DNA of 64,000 nucleotides. Origin: Dendrobates tinctorius. Lineage: Eukaryota. A program made the translations under genes and the position numbers. The DNA is taken from NCBI RefSeq assembly GCF_039654945.1, contig NW_027361698.1:20646001-20710000 (forward strand), read 5' to 3'. This document shows, one piece after another, positions 12,456 through 25,509 of the stretch (within the stretch, counting starts at the first letter, position 1; each line of letters starts with the position of its first letter). Below the pieces are notes generated by a model that saw only the letters and a program-made list of their open reading frames with translations, was not told the DNA's origin and searched no databases.

Positions 12456-12732
12456 CAGTGTTCTGTACTACAGAATGGAAATGTATCCATGAAAATCGGA
12501 CAGCACTTGTCCATTTACTTTTCACGCACCCATTGACTTGCATTGGCGAGTCTCATCCAATATACATGGCCACTTGCAGCATGCTGCAATTTTTTTTCTC
12601 ATTCAGATTTCTGTTGAGAAAAAAAATTGCAGATGAGCACTAACTCAGTGAATAACATTAGTCAGAGTGCAATCCGATTTTTTATCGGATTGCACTCGCC
12701 CAATTTATACACAGATGAGAATGAGCCCTTAA

Positions 12733-13179
12733 AGGGAATCTGTCACCCCTTTTTTGAGATATCATATAATGATATCATTCAATTGTGTGTCACATAAAGA
12801 TTCTCTTAGTACTTTTGCTTCCCCCTGACCCCGCACCTTTCATGCATAAATACCTTTTTTATATCGGTTCAAATGTATGTAAACTGCCACGGTCCGGTCC
12901 GTTGGGCGGGGCTTATTCACCTGCTCCCCCCTCCCTGTCTTGCTCTACACAAGAAGAAATGCATAGAGCAAGACAGGGAGGGGGGGAGCAGTTGAATAAG
13001 CCCCGCCCAGCGGACCGGACAGCTGCAGTTTACATACATCTGAACCGATATAAAAAAGGTATTTATGCATGAAAGGTGCGGGGTCAGGGGGAAGCAAAGG
13101 TACTAAGAGAATCCTTATGTGACACACAATTGAATGATATCATTATATGATATCTCAAAAAAGGGGTGACAGATTCCCT
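12733..13179. mobile_element. Kolobok/T2-type palindromic MITE
   Basis: TTAA-AGGGAATCTGTCA ... TGACAGATTCCCT-TTAA with near-perfect arms of about 215 bp. Confidence 0.85.
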
Positions 13180-13183
13180 TTAA

Positions 13184-16100
13184 CCCCTTCCCGACCTGTG
13201 ACACAGCGTATGCGTCATGAAAGTCGGTGCCAATCCGACCTATGACGCATACCCTGTGTCATGAATTCAAAGCCCCCCTGCGGGTCGGGTGACCGGGGTC
13301 AATGAAAGGTCACCTGACCCGCAGATACAGGGGGCTTTGTAATTCACCACAGGGGGCGTGGCTTCACCCCCACGTGGCTACGATCGCTCTGATTGGCTGT
13401 TAAAAGTGAAACAGCCAATCAGAGCGATAGTAATATTTCATCAATGAAAATTGATGAAATATTACAATCCAGCCATGGCCGATGCTGCAGTAGCATCGGA
13501 CATGGCTGGAGACACCGATTTGACCCCCCCCACCGGCGATCGCCCCCCCCTGCCACTGAATGACAGCGGCGATCTGCCGCCGCTGTCATCATCTGCCCCC
13601 CCTCCCATTCCCTTCGCTCCCCGCCAGCTTCCGATCCCCCCTCACCCACTCTCACCGCCCCCGGCACCTTCCAAGTCCCCCCGTCGCTCCCGGTGTCCGG
13701 CGGGTCCGGTTCATGGGCGCCGCCATCTTAGAAAATGGCGGGCGCATGCGCAGTGCGCCCGCCCGAATCTGCCGGCTGCAGATTCCATTATTTGATTTTG
13801 ATCACTCTCAGAGTGATCAAAATGAAATAAAAAGTAAATGAACCCCCCGATTATCACCCCCATAGGTAGGAAGAACTAATAAAATAAAGAAAATATTTTT
13901 ATTTTTATTTTTCCATCAGGGTTAGGGTTAGGGTTGGAAAGAGGGTTAGGGTTAGGGTTGGAAAGAGGGTTAGGGTTGAAAAGAGGGTTAGGGTTGGAAA
14001 GAGGGTTAGGGTTGGAATTAGGGTTAGGGTTAGAAAGAGGGTTAGGGTTGGAAAGAGGGTTAGGGTTGGAAAGAGGGATAGGGTTGAAAAGAGGGTTAGG
14101 GTTAGAATTAGGGTTAGGCTTGTGGTTAGTGTTATGGTTAGTGTTGGGTTTAGGGGTGTGTTGGGGTTAGGGTTAGGGTTGGGATTAGGGCTAGGGATGT
14201 GTTGGGGTTAGGGTTGGAGTTAGAATTGAGGGGTTTCCACTGTTTAGCCACATCAGGGGGTCTCCAAACGCGACATGGTGCAACCTTTGATTCCAGCCAA
14301 TTTTGCGTTCAAAAAGTCAAATGGTGCTCACTCCCTTCCATGCCCCGACGTGTGCCCAAACAGTGGTTTACCCCACATATGGGGTGTCAGCGTACTCAGG
14401 AAAAATTGCACAACAACTTTTGGGGTCTAATTTCTCCTGTTACCCTTGGGAAAATAAAAAATTGGGGGCTAGAAAATTATTTTTGTGGAAAAAAAATGTT
14501 TTTTTCATTTTCATGTCTCTGCATTATAAACTTCTGTGAAGCACTTGGGGGTTGAAAGTGCTCACCATACATCTACATAAGTTCCTTGGAAGGTCTAGTT
14601 TCCAAAATGGGGTCACTTGTGGGGGGTTTCCACTGTTTAGGCACATCAGGGGCTCTGCAAACGTAATGACGACTGCAGACTATTCCATCAAAGTCTGCAT
14701 TTCAAAACGTCACTACTTCCATTCCGAGCCCTGACGTGTGCCCAAACAATGGTTCCCCCACACATATGGGGTATCAGCATACTCAGGACAAACTGGACAA
14801 CAACTTTTGGGGTCCAATTTCTCCTGTTACCCTTGTGAAAAAAAAAATTGCGGGCTAAAAATCATTTTTTTTGAGGGAAAAAATGATTTTTTATTTTCAC
14901 GGCTCTGCGTTACAATCTTCTGTGAAGCACTTGGGGTTCAAGGTGCTCACCACACATCTAGATAAGTTCCTTGGGGGGTCTTGTTTCCAAAATGGGGTCC
15001 CTTGTGGGGGGTTTCTACTGTTTAGGCACACAGGGGCTCAGCAAATGTAACATGGTGCCCGCAGACTATTCCATCAAAGTCAGCATTTCAAAATATCACT
15101 ACTTCCCTTCCGAGCCCCGACGTGTGCCCAAACAGTGGTCTCCCCCCACATATGGGGTACCAGCGTACTCAGGCCAAACTGGAAAACAACTTTTGGGGTC
15201 CAATTTATCCTGGTACCCTTGTGAAAATAAAAAATTGCAGACTAAAAAATTTTTTTTTAGGAAAAAAAAAAGATTTTTTATTTTCACTGCTCTGCATTAT
15301 AAACTTCTGTGAATCACCTGGGGGTTCAAAGTGCTCACTATGCAACTAGATAAGTTCCTTAGGGGTCTAGTTTCCAAAATGGGGTCATTTGTGGGGGAGC
15401 TCCAAAGTTTAGGCACACAGGGGATCTCCAAACACGACATGGTGTCCACTAACGATTGGAGCCAATTTTCATTTCAAAAAGTCAAATGGCGCTCATTCCC
15501 TTCTGCGCCCTGCCGTGCACCCAAACAGTGCCCCCCCCCACATATGGGGTACCAACGTACTCAGGACAATCTGGACAACAACTTTTGTGGTCCAATTTCT
15601 CCTGTTACCCTTGTGAAAATAAAAAATAGCGTGCTAAAAAATCATTTTTGAGGAAAAAAAAATGATTTTTTATTTTCACTGCTCTATGTTATAAACTTTT
15701 GTGAGGCACTTGGGGGTTCAAAGTGCTCACTACACATCTAGATAAGTTCCTTAAGGGGTCTAGTTACCAAAATGGTGTCACTTGTGGGGGAGCTCCAATG
15801 TTTAGGCACACAGGGGCTCTCCAAACGCGACATGGTGTCCGATAACGATTGGAGCTAATTTTCCATTCAAAAAGTCAAATGGTGCTCCTTCCCTTCCGGG
15901 CCCTGCCCTGCACCCAAACAGTGGTTTATGACCACATATGAGGTATTGGTGTGCTCAGGAGAAATTGCCCAACAAATTTTAGGATCCATTTTATCCTGTT
16001 GCCCATGTGAAAATGAAAAAACTGAGGCTAAAAGATAATTTTTGTGAAAAAAAAGTACTTTTTTTTTTTTTACAGATCAATTTGAGAAGCACCTGGGGGT

Positions 16101-17053
16101 TCAAAGTGATCACTATGCATCTAGATAAGTTCCTTGGGGGGTCTAGTTTCCAAAATGGGGTCACTTGTGGGGGAGCTCCAGTGTTTAGGCACACAGCGAC
16201 TCTCCAAACGCGACATGGCAACCGCTAAATATTCCAGCATATTTTCCATTCAAAAAGTCAAATGGTGCTCCTTCCCATCTGAGCCCTGCCGTACGCCCAA
16301 ACAGTGGTTTATGACCACATATGAGGTATCGGTGTACTCAGGGGAAATTGCCCAACAAATTTTAGGATCCATTTTATCCTGTTGCCCATGTGAAAATGAA
16401 AAAATTGATGCTGAAAGGAAATTTGTGTTGGAAAAATTAAAATGTCCATTTTTTCCTTCCACATTGCCTTAGCTGTTGTGAAACACCTGAAGGGTTAATA
16501 ATCTTCTTGAATGTGGTTTTGAGTAGCTTGAGGGGTGCAGTTTTTAGAATGGTGTCACTTTTGGGTATTTTCTGCCATATAGACCCCTCAAAGTGACTTC
16601 AAATGTGAGGTGGTCCATAAAAAAAATGGTTTTGTAAATTTTGTTGTAAAAATGAGAAATCGCTGGTCAACTTTTAACCCTTATAACTTCCTAACAAAAA
16701 AATATTTTGCTTCCAAAATTGTGCTGATGTAAAGTAGACATGTGGGAAATGTTATTTAGTAACTATTTTGTGTCACATAACTCTCTAGTTTAACAGAATA
16801 AAAATTCAAAATTTGAAAATTGTGAAATTTTCAAAATTTTCGCCAAATTTCTGATTTTTTCACAAATAAACGCAAAAATTATCGACCTAAATTTACCACT
16901 AACATGAAGCCCAATATGTCACGAAAAAACAATCTCAGAATCGCTAGGATGCTTTGAAGCGTTCCAGAGTTATTACCTCATAAAGGGACACTGGTCAGAA
17001 TTGCAAAAAATGGCCAGGTCATTAAGGTCAAAATAGGCTGGGTCATGAAGGGG
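13184..17053 (+). mobile_element. non-autonomous piggyBac-like element with telomere-like repeats and tandem subrepeats of about 380 bp
   Basis: TTAA-CCCCTTC ... GAAGGGG-TTAA, no transposase ORF, internal array 14230-16430 shared with the elements at 29460 and 47047. Confidence 0.8.
13918..14232 (+). repeat. degenerate (TTAGGG)n telomere-like tract
   Basis: GGGTTAGGGTTGGAAAGA and GGGTTA units. Confidence 0.85.
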
Positions 17054-17637
17054 TTAAACTTGCTAAACACCATTTTGAAGATTATACTGTAAGGTGTATA
17101 CTTTTTAAAATTGTGTAATTTGTGGGGAAGGTAATATATAGGCCCCTCAAAGGCACTTGAAAACTGAGTCTGCCCCTAAAAAAGGTTTCTGAAAGTTCCT
17201 TGAAAATGTTAAAAATTGCAAATTTATAAACCATCTGTGGTCCTGAAAAATAATTGCACGTAAAGTCAATATAAGGGAAGTATCAATTATTAAAAGGGGT
17301 TGTCCGGCCTTAGGCTATAAATCTGGAGCCATTTTATGTGACTGCAGACTTGTCAGTATACTCTGGTGTCAGCGCCTGGAGCAGGTGACCACAAGTATGC
17401 GACTTGCATTCATGCAGTCACGTCTTGCTTGATACAGGTATATTGAGCGAGGCCGGACATGTCTACTCGTAATGTTGCCGGAAGTATGCATATTGCATAC
17501 CTTGTGGTTACGCGCCCATCGTCTTCACCACAGAATCCTCACAGCATGCAATGCCCACACTGTGAGGATTGACAATTACATAGAGTCACTGTAGACTTTT
17601 ACCCTAAAGCCAGACAAACCCTTTAACTAGGGTATAA

Positions 17638-18066
17638 AGCCCCCTTCTCATATAGCGAGATCGCTGAAGCGTCACCAATTTTGTGACGCAACAGCGATCT
17701 CGCTGCATGTGACACGCAGCGGCGACCGGCCCCCCCGCTGGATATCGCTGATCGTGCTCGAATGCCCTGAGCCATTTTTTCATCGTCGGCGTCCCGCTGG
17801 CCAGAGCGCATCGCTGTATTTGACGCCGACGAGCGACCTCATTGGCGACGCAGAGCACAGGGAAGCAGGCGGGAATCGTCTGAAAAGCTGCTGTGTGACA
17901 AGGTCCCAACGACTGCCGAGGTCATTATACGGATCGTTACTGCGTCAATGAAGAGATCTGCCTGTTTGGCCGCTTACTAGCGACCATTTAGCGACGCACC
18001 AGCGATCCTTGCCAGGTCGTATCGTTGTCAGGATCGCTGGTGCGTCGCTAAGTGAAACGGGATCCT
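17638..18066. mobile_element. Harbinger-type MITE (same family as 28-662, inverted)
   Basis: Shared CAGCGATC/GATCGCTG-rich arms; TAA-type flank. Confidence 0.7.
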
Positions 18067-18590
18067 TACTTATTTACTGTGATATCACTGTTTTATGGCA
18101 TGCACATTCATAATTTGCACCTTTCAACCATAACATTTTCTGGGACATTTCAATTTTTTAATAAATTCAAAATATATCAGCCTACATTTCAATTAACATT
18201 AAGTTATTGTTATGTAGCCTACACATGCAAGATTTGAATATTTCAATTTAAAACCAGATTTTTCTTTTTCCCTTTCTGATTATTTTATATAATGTACAGT
18301 AGATAAAGGTCTAATTGGTATGGGTCAAACTTTTAGGTGCTAATATCAATTTTATGCATTTTCTTTAAAAAAAATTAATTTTATCCACACATGCACATTC
18401 ATACAATTTAGTGTCAAAGTCTTTAGTGGTATTTTGATAATGTGCCCTGTTTCTAGTTTCAGAAAATAAGTAGGTTAATATCAATTTAATATTTAGCATT
18501 TTAGTTTATTTGAACACGTCAAAAGGGCACACATTGTCCTCGTCACCAAAGATGCAAGGTATCAAGAAACCCTAATTAGCCGAAGGGTAA

Positions 18591-18897
18591 AGGCCTCGTT
18601 ACACACAACGATATCGCTGGCGAGATCGCTGATTTTGTGACACATCAGCAATCACTCCAGCGATATCGCTGTTTGTGACATCCAGCAGCGACCGCCCCAC
18701 CCGCCGGGTATCGCTGATCGCGCTGCTCTTAGATACCCGCTGTTTACACTGGAAACCAGCTTGCTCGCTGGTCCTGATCGCTGGAGGGCCTGTCTATGTG
18801 ACAGCTCACCAGCGATCAGCCTAACATGTCCCAGCGATCCCATCCATGTAGGATCGTTGGTGGGATCGCTGGGACATCGTAATGTGTAATGGGGCCT
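18591..18897. mobile_element. Harbinger-type MITE
   Basis: TAA-AGGCCTCGTTACAC ... GTGTAATGGGGCCT-TAA. Confidence 0.75.
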
Positions 18898-18934
18898 TAA
18901 GGAAAAAAAACCTATACATCTTATTTGAGTATAC

Positions 18935-19084
18935 CTTCTGTGAAGATTATCTCTGTCAGTATTAGTGCCCCGTCTCTCAGGCAGCGTGAGCTGCCAAAAG
19001 AACCAGTCATGGTTAAAGATCAGCGCCACGCCTCGTCGTCTGTTTTTCATGCTATACTCTGCAGCCGGATCCAGTGCTTGAGAC
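18935..19084 (-). CDS. casp6: caspase-6 exon ([49 protein letters not shown])
   Basis: 150 bp bounded by tttctag| and |gtatac. [22 protein letters not shown] is typical of caspase-6. Confidence 0.96.
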
Positions 19085-19238
19085 CTAGAAATGTAAGCAG
19101 ATACATTAGATCACTTGTGTTGGACGTTATGAAGACATGCATTCCCTACAGAGATACAACATGAGCATTTTTTAAACAGTAGATACTTTATTTACATTAC
19201 ATTAACGGGAACAGACGCTAAGATATCTTTTTTGTTAA

Positions 19239-19843
19239 AGGGAATCTGTCACCCTTTTTTTGCCCTATTAGCTGCCGGCATAGACATCGGGGGCTTATCT
19301 ACAGCATTCTGTAATGCTGTAGATAAGCCTCCGATGTAACCTGAAAGAGAAGAAAAACGAGTTATATTATAATCACCGAGGTGGGCGGTCCGGTCCGATG
19401 GGTGTTGCGGTCCGGTCCGGTGCCTCCCTTCTTCATGTGATAACGTCCTCTTCTCCCGTCCTGTAATGGCTCCGGCGCCGGCGCACTGCTCTGCCCTGTT
19501 GAGGGTAGAGCAGAATTCTGCAGTGCGCAGGCGCCAGACCTCTCCCGACGCCTGCGCACTGCAGGACTCTGCTCTGCCCTCAATAGGGCAGAGCAGTGCG
19601 CTTGCGCCGGAGCCATTACAGGACGGGAGAAGAGGACGTCATCGCATGAAGAAGGGAGGCGCCGGACGGGATGGCGACACCCATCGGACCGGACCACCCA
19701 CTTCGGTGAGTATACTATAACGTGTTTTTCTTCTCTTTCAGGTTACATCGGAGGCTTATCTACAGCATTACAGAATGCTGTAGATAAGCCCTCGATGTCT
19801 ATGCTGGCAGCTGAAAGGCCAAAAAAAGGGTGACAGATTCCCT
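19239..19843. mobile_element. Kolobok/T2-type palindromic MITE
   Basis: TTAA target duplication, AGGGAATCTGTCA TIRs, inverted arms of about 290 bp. Confidence 0.85.
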
Positions 19844-19847
19844 TTAA

Positions 19848-20272
19848 CGGTAATATGTCAGCAGGTTTTTTCTATGCAATTGAAAGCACCATAAAGTAGG
19901 AGCATAGACCTTGATTTCAGGAATGTGTCACTTACTAGGCTGTGTTTTTCTGATTCAACACATTCAGTGTTTTATCAGCAGGAGATTATCATTACAAATA
20001 AACTGGCATCATGCCTACTTGCCCAAACACATCCCCATGAACTGATTAGCAGCTTTCTGTCACTATACAATGTGCACAGAAGGCTGTGATGTTAGCGTGG
20101 TTATACCTTGCTAAACATCTCCTAGATCTGCAGCAGAGAAAACTGTGATTCTATCATAACTGCTGCACCTAATAAACTAAGTGATACATCACTGGAATTA
20201 GGGTCTCTGTCCCTACCTTATGCTACTGTCAGATTACATAGTAAAAACCTGCTGACATCTGACATATTCCCT
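19848..20272. mobile_element. older T2-type MITE sharing its TTAA with the previous element
   Basis: ..ATGTCAGCAGGTTTT ... AAAACCTGCTGACA..TTCCCT-TTAA. Confidence 0.6.
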
Positions 20273-20552
20273 TTAACTATTTTGTCCACTACTTTTATGT
20301 TGATAACCTATTTTGAGATAGTTAATATCAGATTGGTGCGGACCTGTCACCGACACCCACGCACATCAGCTGTTATCAGGTCTAGCTTTCACGGCTCCGT
20401 ACACCATTTCATTGAACAGAAACTGAGTTGCAGTTTTTGGGAACAGCCAACTAATCAGGGTATCAAGCTGTGCTGTTCTGCACTGTACACTGTTTATATC
20501 CAGCCACCACAAGAGCTGATAACAGCTGATCAGAGGTGGTGATGGTGACTAA

Positions 20553-20881
20553 AGGGCCTTTTACACATAGCGATATCGCTAAAGCGTCACCGATCACATG
20601 TGACACTTGCCTCCGACCAGCCCCCCCCCCCGGATATTGCTGATCGCGCGACAACGTCCTGGGCCGTTTTCTTCTCGCTGGCGCCGACGAGCGATGCATG
20701 GACGCAGGCGGAAGTCGTCATCATCGCTGCGTGTGACAGGTAAGTAACGACCGCCGAGCATCGCTGGTGAGATCTGCCTGTTTGGTAGCTCACTAGCAAC
20801 CATTTAGCGATGCACCAGCGATCCTGACCGGGTCGTATAGTTGTCGGGATCGCTGGTGCATCACTAAATGTAACGGAACCT
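20553..20881. mobile_element. Harbinger-type MITE
   Basis: Same family as 28-662 and 17638. Confidence 0.7.
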
Positions 20882-21779
20882 TTACCCTACCAATTTGATA
20901 TTAATGACCATCAATATCAGATTAGTGGACAACCCCTTTAGAAGACCTCATTTTTTAAAGAATCGTCTCTCCTAAGCAAGCAGGTTAATTGCTCTGAAGA
21001 AAAAGTGACTGGAACAATGGAGTAACTGCTAGGAATTACTTGAATTCTGCCCTTTTCTCAAAAGGAGCAGTGTGGCACATGCAAAATAGATAGTTCCAAC
21101 AACCGAAGATTAGTCTGAAAAACAAATTGACATGGAAAACCATCTAGAATTTTTCCACAGCTTGCAAAGAGGATTCTGTAAAGTCCCATTGTACATTGTA
21201 CAATACTGTAGTTTCAACTCAGAAAATTCCAAATTTGATAGCCCAACCTAAAAATTGGAACTGGTCAGTTGACACAGGGTTTACTGGTACAATATCAAAA
21301 GGTGAGTATTTTCAACCAATATGTGCTATGGCAAATAAGATAAAAGGAGTGTACCTAATAACTTATTGTGGAAATCAAAAGCCTTTATCATCATATTTAC
21401 TACTGTATTCTTCTCAAATTCCTATTTTCACTCCTAAAATGTTAAAAGTTTGTTTTGTTTTACAGAGACCAAATGTCAGCATGAAAATAAATTACAGTGT
21501 TTCCGTGATTTTGTATGAGACTCCCCATTCAGGTCTATGGGTGTGCAAAAAAAAAAAAAAAAATTGATACAATGAGAATCAACCATATAGCATCTAATTT
21601 TTACATATACATTGCAGTTCTTTAGCATAGGAAACTGTGTTTGGTCTTGTAAATTTTAATAACTGCTGATAGATAAAAAATGGATGCTTTCCTGCATTAA
21701 GGCTCTCAGCTGTGCACTGTTAGCCACTCCCATCTCCTATATAATCTGGGCTCGGGCTAGTACTCATGTTCAGAGCTAA

Positions 21780-22451
21780 TGTCACGACTCTGTTGTCAGG
21801 GGCTCCTTCCTTGTCCCTCATGCTAGGGGCACCCTAGCTCACCCTGTTCCCTGGATTTCTTCTGATGGTGAAGCCACTGGGGCCATGTACCTTACCTTAC
21901 CTCTTGAATCCACTTGCAGTCTGTACCCTTCCCCCCACCCAGGGAAGAGCAGAGTAGGAGTGTACCGTAATACACCAACCAGACTAATAAGGTAATACAA
22001 ATAGAGGTAACAAAAAATATCAAACAAACAAATATACTCACACATACAACAGGAATGCACTGGGGAGTGGAGGATGGGATTAAACCAAAATAGGAGAAGA
22101 AAGGTAATTACCACACACTCAAAACCTAGCAACAGTCACAGTTAAAGCCACCAAACGCGTTCTCCAATAACAACTACCAACAACCTCCAGCCATGCAGCA
22201 TAAGCTATCTGACAACGAGTGTTAGCCAGGACCCAGTTTATATAGGAAATGGGAGTGGCACAGTGCACAGCTGAGAACCTTAATGCAAGAAAACTTCCAA
22301 GAGCTCTCAACTGAGCAGATTAAACCCTGCACTGCTAAAAGAAATCTGAACCATTTAATATAAAGACGAAGTGCTTCTAATCAGTGCAGGAGTAGGAGAA
22401 ATCAGACTCTGTGGTCTTCCGGCTTCTCTCTGTCATGGTAAACCTGTGACA
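21780..22451. mobile_element. solo LTR
   Basis: TGTCAC...GTGACA inverted termini and an internal TATA-like motif. A related inverted fragment lies at about 21700-21778. Confidence 0.7.
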
Positions 22452-22549
22452 GAGGCCTTAAGCTCATACTTTAAGCTTCCAAATATAAATTATACAAATT
22501 AATTTCTTATAAATATCTCAATTAAAAATTAGAATAATTGTCCACTCAC

Positions 22550-22592
22550 TTAGCAAACCAACCATCAGTCTCGGTGATGCTTGAATTTCCAT
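22550..22592 (-). CDS. casp6: caspase-6 prodomain exon (GNSSITETDGWFAK) carrying the TETD prodomain cleavage site
   Basis: 43 bp bounded by cctttctag| and |gtgagt, phase 1 to 2. Same size and TETD motif as I recall for mammalian CASP6 exon 2. Too short to appear in the ORF track. Confidence 0.92.
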
Positions 22593-23913
22593 CTAGAAAG
22601 GATAAATACAAATCTTCAAAAGAAACAGTTCAACTTTATAAAACATTTACCATAAAACAATACATAGGTAGAGATATTTGTAGTATGTCCACACGCTGGA
22701 AAAAAAGGTCATATACAACCCCAAGTCCAAAAAAGCTGGAACACAAACGAGAATATAATGATATGGAAATCTCTTACAGCCATATTTTATTCACAACAGA
22801 ACATAGAACACAGATCAGAAATTGAAAGTTATCTTCGAGTATTTGGATGTGCTCAGAGATTTAGTTTCTGTCGCCATAGCTGCATGATTTGCGGCTACTT
22901 GACAGCCTGAATACATGTGGGAATTCCCTAACAAACAGGCAACCCCCACATGTATTCAGGCTGTCAAGTAGCCATAAATCATACAGCTGCGGTGCAGGGG
23001 TGAACCTAGCCTCTCTGCTGCCTGAGGTGAACACCAAAATGACGCCCCCTACCCCCGCACACAAAGTAAATTTTTATATATTGTAAAACTGAGTACAATA
23101 GTGGACATTTTGATTTAGATAAATAGAAAAAAAAAAGGTGTCCAAACACAAGGATGTCAGCGCCATCACACGCACATACAAGAACAGCAGGGCCGAACTG
23201 GGACAAAAATGCAGCCCTGCCACACAAATCCCACCAGCCCACAAACTATAACACTTATCAGCCCCAATCAGTGAATTTTTGCTATACTTTGTCATCCCCT
23301 CATCACTCTCTTAAAGGAGTTATTTGAAGAGCCACGTGAATGGCACCACAGTGCGTATGATTGACCCACAGCTCCATTTACATGGTGCTCTTCAAAGCTA
23401 CGTTTCCCAGGATCATGGGGGTCCCAGCGGTCAGATCCACAACAAACAGAAAGTCATCCCCTAGCCCCACATAATGCTCCATACAGTATTATGGGCCCCA
23501 TATACTACTGCATATAGTATTATGGGCCCCAAATAATGCTCCATACAGTTTATTGGGACCCATATATTACTTCATACAGCATAATGGGCCCCATAAGTTA
23601 CTTCATTCAGCATAATGGGCCCCAAATAATTCTTCTCCCCATACCCCACTGCTCTGGCCTCAGTGTATTCTGATCCTCCGCACTGCTTGGCACAGGGACA
23701 TCATTAACTTTACGTATATAATTGTCCACTTGGACGGATAGTAATAGTGATTTTTTTGTACCCTGTTGTTTGGGGATGGCCCACTTTATGGAGGTGCTCA
23801 GGTCATATGACTATACACTAGTAAAAAGTATAAGAGGCTCAATGTGACCAGTGCCATCTAGTTTCCTACCCCTCTTATTCTACTGGTACTGTGGGCACAC
23901 TGATTGGTACTGA

Positions 23914-25121
23914 GGAAAAGAAAGAAAACAGAGAGAGAGAAAAAAGAAAACAGAGAGAAAGAAAGAACAGAGAGAGAAAGAACAGAGAGAGAAAGAAAGA
24001 AGAGAGAAAGAGAGGGAATGAAATAGAACGGAGAGAGAAAGAAAGAAAAGTGAGAGAAAGAAAGAGGGGGCAGAAAAAAAGAACAGAGAGAAAAAAAGAG
24101 AGGGGAAAGAAAGAACAGAGAAGGAGAGAGAAAGAAGGGAAAGAGGGAAAGAAAGAACAGAGAGAGAAAGAGAAAGAAAGGGGGAAAGAAAGAACAGAGA
24201 GAAAGAAAGAGAAAGAGGGGAAAGAAAGAACAGAGAGAGAAAGAAAGAACAGAGAGAAAGAAAGAAAGAAAGAAAGAAAGGAAAGAAAAACAACAGAGAG
24301 AGAAAGAAAGAAAATGGAAAGAAAGAAAGAACAGAGAGAAGGAAGGGACAGAAAAAAAGAACAGAGAGAAAAAAACAAAGAAGGGAAAGAACAGAGAGGG
24401 AGAAAGAAAGAGGGGAAAGAAAGAACAGAGAGAGAAAGAAAGAGAGGAAAGAAAACAGAGAGAGAAGGAAAGAAAGAACAAAGAGAGAAAAAAGAAAGAA
24501 AATAGAAAGAAAGGAGGGGAAAGAAAGAGAAAAGAGCGAGAAAGAACTGAGAGAGAGAAGGAAAGATTATATAGAGAAAGAAAGATTAGAGAGAGAAAGA
24601 AAGAGAAAGAAAGAACAGAGCGAAAGAAAGAACAGAGAGAAAGAGAAAGAAAGAGGGGAAGAAAGAACAGAGAGGGAGAAAGAAAAAGGGGAAAGAAGAA
24701 AGAAAAAGAACAGAGAGAGAGAAAGAGTGGACAGAAAAAAGAAATAGGAGAAAGAAAGAACAGAGAGGGAGACAGAAAGAAGGAAAAGAAATAAAAAACA
24801 GAAAGAACAGAGAGAAAGAAAGAAAGAAAGAGGGGAAAGAAAGAAATATGGGAAAGAAAGGACAAAGAGAGAGAAAGAACAGAGAGAAAGAGAAAAGAAA
24901 GAAACAGGAAGAAAGAAAGAAAGAGGGGAAAGAAAGAACAGAGAGAGAAAGAACAGAGAGAAAGAAAAAACAGAAAAAGAAATTAGAGAGAGAAAGAAAG
25001 AACAGAGCGAAAGAAAGAACAGAGAAAGAAAGAAGAGAGAGAGAAAGAGTAAAGAAAGAACAGAGCGAGAAAGAGTAAAAGAAAGATTAGAGAAAGAAAG
25101 AACAGAGGGAGAAAGAAAGAT
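23914..25121 (+). repeat. polypurine (GA-rich) low-complexity tract
   Basis: About 1.2 kb of AGAAAG/AGAACAG variants. Confidence 0.95.
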
Positions 25122-25235
25122 TCTATAAAGATACTATAGCAGCCCGGTTCCCATTGTAGTGCCCACCTGAGCCTCCCAATGCAGGGCATATCATGATCCG
25201 TTCACATGGCCAGCATCCTCGAGTCCAAGGCGATC

Positions 25236-25298
25236 CCGCTGTCCACGCTGTCGGAGGAGGACACGGTGATGGATCTGAAGCATTCCCTGAAGTGCCTC
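25236..25298 (+). pseudogene. probable captured UBLCP1 ubiquitin-like-domain fragment (PLSTLSEEDTVMDLKHSLKCL)
   Basis: Resembles the UBLCP1 N-terminus as I recall it (TTLSEDDTVLDLKQFLKTL). Only about 21 codons; not checked by search. Confidence 0.55.
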
Positions 25299-25509
25299 CA
25301 TGGTTCCGTCACAATCTCCTCCCGAAATTACCTCATTTCAGGTCAGCTTCTAGCGCGTCATTTCCGGTGGAACGTCACGTGCAAATTTTAAAGTGTTCCT
25401 CAGGGCTCCACCGTGTACTCCTGTGTCCGCGGGAAAAGTAAGCTCCCGGCCTGGGCAGTCTCTCTCTCAAAAATCGGGACTGTCCCCCTGAAAGGTATGA
25501 CTGCTCCCC

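Noticed and set aside
13918-14232. True telomere or chromosome-fusion scar
   Set aside because: Degenerate, single orientation, and at the same position within several copies of one TE family.
14199-16472. Recurrent short ORFs (MGSLVG.., GSSFQNGVTCGG..), also at 31-33 kb and 50-51 kb
   Set aside because: Translations of a non-coding tandem subrepeat; frames are not conserved between copies.
23858-25189. Long F/L/S-rich and E/R/K-rich ORFs
   Set aside because: Artefacts of the polypurine tract, which lacks stop codons.
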